Source: Solirubrobacterales bacterium
Lineage (GTDB): Bacteria > Actinomycetota > Thermoleophilia > Solirubrobacterales > JBBDJG01
Assembly (NCBI GenBank): GCA_035650255.1
Contig: DASRIA010000086.1
Location: forward strand, 1,682-65,681
Direction of reading: 5' to 3'
DNA length: 64,000 nucleotides
Under the pieces are notes generated by a model. That model searched no databases. It saw only the letters and a list, made by a program, of their open reading frames with translations, and was not told the DNA's origin. Positions 1 through 8,488 of this stretch are shown here, piece after piece; the stretch's first letter is position 1, and every line of letters begins with the position of its first letter. Both the position numbers and the translations under genes were made by a program.

Positions 1-2053
1 CGCCGACGGCGGTCTGACCGATTCCCGTTTCGAGATCTCCGGTGCCGCTCGCGATGCGCGCGAGCCCGGTGACCAGCTGGTCGAGGCCGCGCGTGATCTC
101 GCGCGCCGCGACGGAGTTGGCTTCGAACTCGGTCGCGTAGCCGTCGATGCTGGTCTTCAGCGGCCCGAGCACGGCAAGGGCCCGTTGCACGTCGGCGCGG
201 GCTCGCTGGACGGCGGGATCGGCCGCGGCTGCCGGACCCACGCTGCCGAGGTTGCGCAGCGCCGACTGGACCGCCGACTGCGCGCTGTTGACCGGGTCGA
301 TCAGCTCGGACTCCGCGTTGTCGTTCTGCTCGTTGATCACGCGCACGAGCTCGTCGATCGCGTTCTCCAGCCGGCGCGCACCACGACTCGCCTGTCTCGC
401 CGCCCGGTCGAGGCGCCGCGACCCCTCCTTTGTCCGCGCCACGCCGTCGGCGAGGCGCTGGGTCTGCGGTACGGCCTCGCTCGTGCCCCGCGCGATCTGG
501 TCTGACCCCGCCGATGCCTGTCCGAGGCCCTGGTTGAGGGCGGTCGCTCCGCTCGCGCCCTGGTTCAGGCCGCGGTTGAGCCGCCCGGTGGCGGCGAGCA
601 GCAGCTCCAGCCCGCCCTCGAGCCGGTTCAGCTGGCCGCTGCCCGCGGCGATCTGGCGGGTGAGGCTGCGCAGCACCTGCGTGCGCTCGAGCAGCGATGC
701 CGGGCCCAGCACGGCCTCGATTTCTGGTTCGCGCGCCACCTGCTGCTGGAACTGCTTCAGGCGCCGCAGCCGGGCCTCGGTCGTGATCGGTCCCTGTGTC
801 TGGAAGTCGACCTCGAACGGCGTGGCCCAGCCCGCGCCGCGGTCGCGCTGGAACGCTTCGAAGCTCTTGCGCGATGCGTTGTCGGGCGGCAGGTTCTCGA
901 CGTTGGGGGGCCCGGTGTCGAGTGCCAGCGCCGGAGCCGACAGCAGCAGCAGCGGGAATGTCGTGAGCAGCACCGCCACGACGGGCTTGCGCGACACGCG
1001 CTCCGACAGCCGGACCCACGGGTTCTCACCGGTCGTCGACCACAGCTGCCAGCGGTTCACGTTCGTGCCCAGCACCACCAGGCCGGCGGGGATCGCGAAC
1101 AGCGCGGTCACGACCGCGAGCACGCAGGCCACGACCACGCCCAGGGTGGCCGACTCGAGCAACGAGCCTGGCGCGATGAAGAATGCGCCCAGCATGCCGA
1201 CCGCGAGCGCGGTGCCTGCGAACACGACCGTCCGGCCCGCGCGCAGGACGGACTCCTCCACGGCGGAGGGGACGTCACGGCCGGCGGCCAGCTCCTCCCG
1301 GAACCGCGAGACGATCAGCAGCGAGTAGTCCACTCCCAGCGCGAGGCCGATCATCGTGAGCATGTTGAGGGCCAGGGCGTCGAGCCCGAACGTCTCGTTC
1401 AGCGCACCCATGAAGGCCATGCCGATGCGCGTCACGAGCAACCCGCAGGCCAGCGGCACGACCGCCGCAACCGGTGACCTGAAGACGAGCAGCAACAGCA
1501 CGATCAGGATCGGGAAGGCGATCTTCTCCCCCTGGTCGAGCGAGTCGAGCGACGCCTCGTTGATCGCGCGCACGAGCGGCGCCCGGCCCGAGACCTCGGT
1601 CTCGACCGGCGGTCGCACCTTGTCCAGCTCCCGCTCGACGGCCGGAATCGTGTCGTCGGAGATCTCCTCGGCGGGCTTGTCCACCTGGAGCGTGAGCAGC
1701 GCCTGGCCGGGGGGCTCGGCGAGGCGCGGATCGCCGCCGATCGCGAACGGGCTCAGCACCGTCACGTCGGGGATCCGTTCGAGCCGGCGCACGAGCGCGC
1801 GGGCCTCCCGCTCCAGCGCGCGCTCCTCGGAAGCCGGCGCCTTCAGCAGCACCGCCATGCTGATCGTGCCGCCGAACTGCCGCTCGCTCAGCTTCGCCGC
1901 GCGGTCCGCGTCGGTGCCGGGAATCTGAAGCTGCGTCTCGTGGAGGTTGTCGCGCGCGCTACTGGCGAAAAAGAGCGCAACAACAAAAGCGCCTATCCAG
2001 AAGATCAGGATAGGCACCGGTCGGCGTATCGCGAGGCGGGCGATTTGCCTCAT
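1..2053 (-). CDS. MMPL/RND-superfamily membrane transporter, N-terminal part only (gene runs off the left edge)
   Basis: Manual minus-strand translation from ATG 2053-2051 stays open to base 1. It reads MRQIARLAIRRPVPILIFWIGAFVVALFF..., then a TM block ...LNMLTMIGLALGVDYSLLIVSRFREEL... typical of MMPL proteins, then a long Q/L/A/G heptad-like segment. It is absent from the ORF track because no stop lies in the window. The + ORF 147..1328 is its antisense shadow. Confidence 0.75.
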   Translation of the reverse strand, partial: MRQIARLAIRRPVPILIFWIGAFVVALFFASSARDNLHETQLQIPGTDADRAAKLSERQFGGTISMAVLLKAPASEERALEREARALVRRLERIPDVTVLSPFAIGGDPRLAEPPGQALLTLQVDKPAEEISDDTIPAVERELDKVRPPVETEVSGRAPLVRAINEASLDSLDQGEKIAFPILIVLLLLVFRSPVAAVVPLACGLLVTRIGMAFMGALNETFGLDALALNMLTMIGLALGVDYSLLIVSRFREELAAGRDVPSAVEESVLRAGRTVVFAGTALAVGMLGAFFIAPGSLLESATLGVVVACVLAVVTALFAIPAGLVVLGTNVNRWQLWSTTGENPWVRLSERVSRKPVVAVLLTTFPLLLLSAPALALDTGPPNVENLPPDNASRKSFEAFQRDRGAGWATPFEVDFQTQGPITTEARLRRLKQFQQQVAREPEIEAVLGPASLLERTQVLRSLTRQIAAGSGQLNRLEGGLELLLAATGRLNRGLNQGASGATALNQGLGQASAGSDQIARGTSEAVPQTQRLADGVARTKEGSRRLDRAARQASRGARRLENAIDELVRVINEQNDNAESELIDPVNSAQSAVQSALRNLGSVGPAAAADPAVQRARADVQRALAVLGPLKTSIDGYATEFEANSVAAREITRGLDQLVTGLARIASGTGDLETGIGQTAVG

Positions 2054-2263
2054 CTAGAGCCCACGGACCGTCATCCGCCTTCTTTATACCGGGCGGCATG
2101 AACGACCCTCTCGGTAGCCGATGCGCGCTTGCCTAGCGCGACATCTGATAGTTCAGGTACCTGAAGATGTGCCTCGCGAGACTGAGGCTCGTCTTCACGG
2201 TCCCCTGCGCAAACTCCCTCATCTCTACCCCTTGCCCTGCTTGCCGCGGAAATCCTACATGGA

Positions 2264-3352
2264 ATGCGCGTACTGACGCTGGTCGGCAACCGGCCCCAGT
2301 TCGTCAAGGCGGCCGCGGTGTCGACTCATCTGCGCGCGCAGCACGACGAGGTGCTCGTGCACTCCGGCCAGCATTACGACGACGAGCTGTCGGCGGTGTT
2401 CTTCCGCGAGCTGGGACTCCCCGCGCCGGACCGCGAGCTCGGCATCGGCTCGGCCGACGCGGCGACGCAGGTGGCGGGCATCATGCACGGCCTCGAGCCC
2501 GTGCTCGCCGACAGCCGCCCCGACCTGGTGCTGGTGTACGGGGACACCAACACCACGCTCGCCGGCGCGCTGTCATGCGCGCGGCTAGGGCTGCCGCTGG
2601 CGCACGTCGAGTCGGGCATGCGCTCCTTCGACGACTCCATGCCCGAGGAGCGGAACCGCGTGCTCACCGACCACCTCAGCGGGCTGCTGCTGTGCTCCAC
2701 ACCGACCGCGGTCGAGAACCTCGCCCGCGAGGGTGTAGAGGAGGGCGTCGAGCTGGTCGGCGATGTGATGGCGGACGTCACGCTGCTGACCGCCCCGGTC
2801 GCCGCGCGCGAGTCGGATGCCCTCGACCGGTTCGCGGTGCGGGAGGGCGAGTACCTGCTGGTGACGGCCCATCGGGCCGGGAACGTCGACGACCCGGAGG
2901 CACTCGGCCGGCTGGTCGAGGTCCTGCTCGCGCTGCCGCTGCCGGCGCTCTTCCCGGCGCACCCGCGCACCCGCGCCCGCCTCGAGACCGCTGGGCTGCT
3001 CGCGCAACTCGAGCAGGCGCAGGGCATATCGCTCCTGCCCCCGCTCGGGTACCTCGACTTCCTGCAACTGCTGCGCAACTCGCGCGCCGTGTTGACCGAC
3101 TCGGGCGGGGTGCAGAAGGAGGCCTACCTGCTGGGGGTCCCGTGCATCACGCTGCGCGACACGACAGAGTGGGTCGAGACGGTCGAGCTGGGCTGGAACC
3201 GGCTCACAGGGCTGGACCGTGACGGAGTCTTGGCGGCGCTCGGCGATCTCGCGGCGCCACCGTCGCATCCGGAGCTGTACGGCGGAGGGCATGCGGGTGC
3301 GGGAGTGGTGGACGCAATCGGGCGCTGGGCGGCCGCACGGCAGCCCGCCTGA
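2264..3352 (+). CDS. wecB: UDP-N-acetylglucosamine 2-epimerase (non-hydrolysing), WecB/WbpI-like
   Basis: Track protein MRVLTLVGNRPQFVKAAAV...HSGQHYD...LVYGDTNTTLAGAL...VESGMRSFD..MPEERNR... carries the canonical family motifs. Confidence 0.9.
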   Translation: MRVLTLVGNRPQFVKAAAVSTHLRAQHDEVLVHSGQHYDDELSAVFFRELGLPAPDRELGIGSADAATQVAGIMHGLEPVLADSRPDLVLVYGDTNTTLAGALSCARLGLPLAHVESGMRSFDDSMPEERNRVLTDHLSGLLLCSTPTAVENLAREGVEEGVELVGDVMADVTLLTAPVAARESDALDRFAVREGEYLLVTAHRAGNVDDPEALGRLVEVLLALPLPALFPAHPRTRARLETAGLLAQLEQAQGISLLPPLGYLDFLQLLRNSRAVLTDSGGVQKEAYLLGVPCITLRDTTEWVETVELGWNRLTGLDRDGVLAALGDLAAPPSHPELYGGGHAGAGVVDAIGRWAAARQPA

Positions 3353-3384
3353 GCCCGGGGGCACGCTCTTTAAACTGATCGGTC

Positions 3385-4659
3385 GTGGAACGCGCAGCGG
3401 AAAGCCACTGCGTCGGGGTGGTGGGCATGGGCTACGTCGGCCTGCCTCTGGCGCTTGCCTTCACCCAGGCCGGCAGCCGCGTCGTGGGGCTCGACTCCGA
3501 CTCGCGCAGGGTCGAGGCGATCCGCAACGGCCAGAGCTACGTCGAGGACGTGCCCGAGGAGGACCTGGCCGCTGCGGTCTCGCGCGGCCTGCTGACAGCG
3601 ACCACCAACTACGACCACCTCGTGGAGGCGGATGCGATCGCGATCTGCGTCCCGACCCCGCTGGACGACAATCGCCAGCCGGACCTGCAGCCGCTGATCG
3701 ACGCCGGCACCGCCCTGTCCCGCGTGCTGAGGAAGGGCCAGCTCGTGGTGCTCGAGTCGACCACGTATCCGGGCACGACCCGCGAACGGCTCGTGCCGAT
3801 GCTGGAGGAGTCGGGCCTCGCCGCCGGCCGTGACTTCAATGTCGCGTTCTCTCCCGAACGCGTCGACCCGGGCCGCTCCGACTTCACGCTGCGCAACACC
3901 GTGAAGGTGGTCGGCGGTGTGACCGACGACTGCGCGCAGGCCGCGCGCGAGCTGTACGAGCGCGTGTGCGACGACGTGCTCGTCGTGTCGAGCCCCGAGG
4001 CCGCCGAGCTGTCGAAGCTGCTGGAGAACATCTTCCGGTCGGTGAACATCGCGCTCGTCAACGAGCTCGCCGTGCTGTGCGACCGGATGGGCATCGACAT
4101 CTGGGAGGTGGTCGACGCGGCCGCGACCAAGCCGTTCGGCTTCATGCGGTTCGAGCCCGGGCCCGGAATGGGCGGGCACTGTCTGCCGGTCGACCCGTTC
4201 TACCTGGCCTGGAAGGCGCGCGAGTACGACTTCTACACGGAGTTCATCGAGCTGGCCGGGAAGATCAACCAGAGCATGCCCTACTTCTGCGTCGACAAGA
4301 TCGAGCGCACGCTGAACGCGCACGGCAAGGCAGTGAACGGCGCCCGCATCGTGCTGCTGGGCGTGGCGTACAAGCCGAGCGTCTCCGACCTGCGCCAGTC
4401 GCCCGCGCTGAAGATCCTCAAGCTGCTGGCCGAGAGCGGCGCCGACCTCGCCTACCACGATCCGCACGTGCCTCACCTGAACGAGGCGAGCCTGTCTTCC
4501 ACGTCGCTGGACAGCGCGCTCGAGGGTGCCGACCTGGCCGTGATCGTGACCGCGCACCCCGAGGTCGACTACCGCTACGTGGTGGCGGAGTCGCGCCTGG
4601 TGCTCGACTTCCGCGGAGTCACCCGCGACATCCAGTCCGCCAACCTCGTGCGGCTCTAG
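3385..4659 (+). CDS. Nucleotide-sugar 6-dehydrogenase (UDP-GlcNAc/ManNAc dehydrogenase, WbpA/WecC-like)
   Basis: Rossmann N-terminus GVVGMGYVGLPLA and catalytic-Cys motif GMGGHCLPVDPFYL of the UDP-glucose/GDP-mannose dehydrogenase family. GTG start at 3385; the exact start is uncertain. Confidence 0.85.
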   Translation: MERAAESHCVGVVGMGYVGLPLALAFTQAGSRVVGLDSDSRRVEAIRNGQSYVEDVPEEDLAAAVSRGLLTATTNYDHLVEADAIAICVPTPLDDNRQPDLQPLIDAGTALSRVLRKGQLVVLESTTYPGTTRERLVPMLEESGLAAGRDFNVAFSPERVDPGRSDFTLRNTVKVVGGVTDDCAQAARELYERVCDDVLVVSSPEAAELSKLLENIFRSVNIALVNELAVLCDRMGIDIWEVVDAAATKPFGFMRFEPGPGMGGHCLPVDPFYLAWKAREYDFYTEFIELAGKINQSMPYFCVDKIERTLNAHGKAVNGARIVLLGVAYKPSVSDLRQSPALKILKLLAESGADLAYHDPHVPHLNEASLSSTSLDSALEGADLAVIVTAHPEVDYRYVVAESRLVLDFRGVTRDIQSANLVRL

Positions 4660-4660
4660 C

Positions 4661-5683
4661 TTGGGCGACCGGCCGGTAACCGTCGGCGTCGTCGGGCTCG
4701 GCTACTGGGGGCCCAACCTCGCCCGCAACTTCGCCGCCCAGGAGGGCTGCGAGCTGCGCTGGTGCTGCGACGCGCGCCCCGAGAACGCCCACAAGGCGCC
4801 GGACGGCGCGCGTGTCACCACCGACCTCGGCGAGCTGCTCTCCGACCCCGAGCTCGACGCCGTGGTGGTGGCGACCGACGTGCCTTCGCACGCCCGCCTG
4901 GCGATCGAGGTGCTGCGGGCCGGGAAGCACTGCTTCGTGGAGAAGCCGCTCGCGCAGTCGGCGCAGGAGGCGGCGGCGGTGGCGGAGGAGGCAGCCGCGA
5001 GCAGCCGCGTGCTGATGGTCGGGCACCTGCTCGAGTACCACCCCGGTGTGGCGAAGCTCAAGGAGATCCTCGACGCCGGCGAGCTCGGAGAGGTGCGCTA
5101 TGTGTACTCCAACCGGCTCAACCTGGGCCAGATCCGCGACCAGGAGAACGCGCTGTGGAGTCTCGGCGCCCACGACATCTCCGTCCTGCTCCACCTGTTC
5201 GACGGCGAGGAGCCCGACGAGGCCGTCGCGCACGGCCGGTCGTTCATGCGCGAGGGCGTCGAAGACGTCGTGTTCTGCTATCTGCGCTTTCCCTCGGGCC
5301 GCGTCGCCCACATGCACCTCTCGTGGCTGGACCCGCACAAGGAGCGGCGCTTCACCGTGGTGGGCGACAAGCGCATGGCGACGTTCGACGACATGGCGCT
5401 GGAGCAGAAGGTGACGATCTACGACAAGGGCTTCGACCGCGACTTCCGCGGCTATGGGGAATGGATCACCCGCTCGGGCGACATCACGAGCCCGCAGATC
5501 TCGAACGAGGAGCCGCTGCGCATCGAGTGCCGGCACTTCGTCGAGTCGGTGCGCTCCGGCTCCGAGCCGCGCTCGGGCGCCGCGTCCGGCCTGCGGGCCG
5601 TGCGGGTGCTGGAAGCCCTGCAGCGCTCCCTCGAAGCGGGCGGCACCCCGCAGCGCCTGCAGGCGGCTGGTCCCGTCGCGTGA
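4661..5683 (+). CDS. Gfo/Idh/MocA-family NAD-dependent oxidoreductase (WbpB-like)
   Basis: VGVVGLGYWGPNLARNF N-terminal dinucleotide fold and a FVEKPLA motif. It starts 2 nt after the dehydrogenase stop. Confidence 0.8.
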   Translation: MGDRPVTVGVVGLGYWGPNLARNFAAQEGCELRWCCDARPENAHKAPDGARVTTDLGELLSDPELDAVVVATDVPSHARLAIEVLRAGKHCFVEKPLAQSAQEAAAVAEEAAASSRVLMVGHLLEYHPGVAKLKEILDAGELGEVRYVYSNRLNLGQIRDQENALWSLGAHDISVLLHLFDGEEPDEAVAHGRSFMREGVEDVVFCYLRFPSGRVAHMHLSWLDPHKERRFTVVGDKRMATFDDMALEQKVTIYDKGFDRDFRGYGEWITRSGDITSPQISNEEPLRIECRHFVESVRSGSEPRSGAASGLRAVRVLEALQRSLEAGGTPQRLQAAGPVA

Positions 5684-6396
5684 GGTTCTCGGTCCATCCC
5701 TCCGACCTCGCCCCGGGGCTGATGGTCGGCGAGGACGTGTCGTTCGGCGAGGACATCGCTCTCGGCGCGTGGGTGGTCGTGCACCGTGGCACCTCCATCG
5801 GCGACGGGTGTGAGATCCAGGACGGTGCCGTGCTCGGCAAGCAGCCGCGGCTGGGCGCGCTCTCGACCGCGCCGCGCGAGGAGCTCGCTCCGCTCGAGAT
5901 CGGGCCCGGCGCGGTGATCTGCGCCGGTGCGATCGTGTATGCCGGCGCGCGGGTCGGCACTCGCGCGATCGTGGGCGACCAGGCGCAGGTGCGCGAGCGC
6001 GTCACCCTCGGCGACGGCGCGGTCGTCGGGCGCGGTTGCGGCGTGGACAACGACGTCACGATCGGCGCCGGCGTCCGCGTTCAGTCGAATTGCTACCTCG
6101 CGGCGGGCGCGGTGATCGAGGCGGATGCGTTCCTCGGGCCGGGCGTGGTCACGACCAACGACGACGCGATGGGCCGCCGCGCGGAGGGCGAGCCGCTGCG
6201 TGGGCCGACCGTGCGGCGCGCTGCTCGCGTCGGAGGCGGCGTCGTGCTGACGCCCGGGATCGAGATCGGCGAGGAAGCGTTCGTGGCGGCCGGCGCGGTG
6301 GTCACCCGCGACGTGCCCGCGCGCGGCGTCGTGATGGGTGTGCCCGCGCGCCATGTCCGCGACGTACCGGCGGCGGACCTGATGGCGGAGCGGTGA
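5680..6396 (+). CDS. Left-handed beta-helix (hexapeptide-repeat) acetyltransferase, WbpD-like
   Basis: C-terminal 238 codons of track ORF 4762..6396. GTG 5680 lies in a GTGA overlap with the upstream stop. Repeated [LIV]G-x4 hexapeptides (IGDGCEIQDGAVLG, VGTRAIVGDQAQV, IGAGVRVQSNCYL, ...MGVPAR). Confidence 0.8.
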   Translation: MRFSVHPSDLAPGLMVGEDVSFGEDIALGAWVVVHRGTSIGDGCEIQDGAVLGKQPRLGALSTAPREELAPLEIGPGAVICAGAIVYAGARVGTRAIVGDQAQVRERVTLGDGAVVGRGCGVDNDVTIGAGVRVQSNCYLAAGAVIEADAFLGPGVVTTNDDAMGRRAEGEPLRGPTVRRAARVGGGVVLTPGIEIGEEAFVAAGAVVTRDVPARGVVMGVPARHVRDVPAADLMAER

Positions 6397-7076
6397 TGGT
6401 CGAGCGCTTGCGGAAACTAGACCGCCTCGAGCGGCGCACGATGACGATGGGCGTGATCGCGCTCAGCACAGTGGGCGCGGTGGTCGCGGGCGAGGTCGGC
6501 AAGCTGTGGCGCCGGCGAGTCGTGGCGGAGGAGCCCGAGACGACGCCCGAAGTGATCCAGAAGGGCGCTCGCGCGGCGCTCGATACCGTCGAGGTCGCAC
6601 GGCGCGGCTATCAGCAGGCGCCGACGGGCGAGTCCATCATGTTCAACCTGCTGTCGGCGTTCGTGATCTCCTCCAGCGTCGTGCGCCTGACGACCTTCGG
6701 TGTGCGCAGAGGCGTCCCGCTGCTTTTCAATGTGCGCATCGGGCGGCGCCACATCCACCACTTCGTGCCCGGCATCCTGCTGGCATTCGCGTCCGGCAGC
6801 GCGGCGCTGTTCGCGGGCGACGGCAAGGCGCGCGAGACGCTGGCGATCCCGCTCGGCGTCGGGATCGGGCTCACTTTCGACGAGTCCGCGCTGCTGCTCG
6901 AGCTGGAGGACGTGTACTGGTCGCGCGAGGGGCTGGTCGGCGTGCAGATCACCCTGGCGACCGCATCCTTGATGGCCGCGGGGATGCTCGCCCTGCGCAT
7001 CCTCCGCCGCGGCGAGCGCGAGCTCGAGGATCGGCACGAGCTGCCGCGCCCGCTCCACGACCCGTTTCCGGTCTAG
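6396..7076 (+). CDS. Hypothetical polytopic membrane protein, last gene of the sugar operon
   Basis: ATGA overlap with the acetyltransferase stop (ATG 6396). About four hydrophobic segments (VIALSTVGAVVAG; MFNLLSAFVISSSVV; HHFVPGILLAFASGSAALF; VGVQITLATASLMAAGMLAL). I recognise no family. Confidence 0.55.
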   Translation: MVERLRKLDRLERRTMTMGVIALSTVGAVVAGEVGKLWRRRVVAEEPETTPEVIQKGARAALDTVEVARRGYQQAPTGESIMFNLLSAFVISSSVVRLTTFGVRRGVPLLFNVRIGRRHIHHFVPGILLAFASGSAALFAGDGKARETLAIPLGVGIGLTFDESALLLELEDVYWSREGLVGVQITLATASLMAAGMLALRILRRGERELEDRHELPRPLHDPFPV

Positions 7077-7085
7077 GGGCTCAGC

Positions 7086-8457
<1,372 letters not shown>

Positions 8458-8488
8458 GGAGGCGCTGTGTTTCCGGCTTTGGAGGGAA

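Noticed and set aside
147-1328. 393-aa + strand ORF (and 1356..1928 +) rich in Ser/Ala/Arg
   Set aside because: It is the antisense shadow of the MMPL gene. The minus-strand frame gives coherent MMPL motifs, whereas this frame gives low-complexity S/A/R sequence with no motifs.
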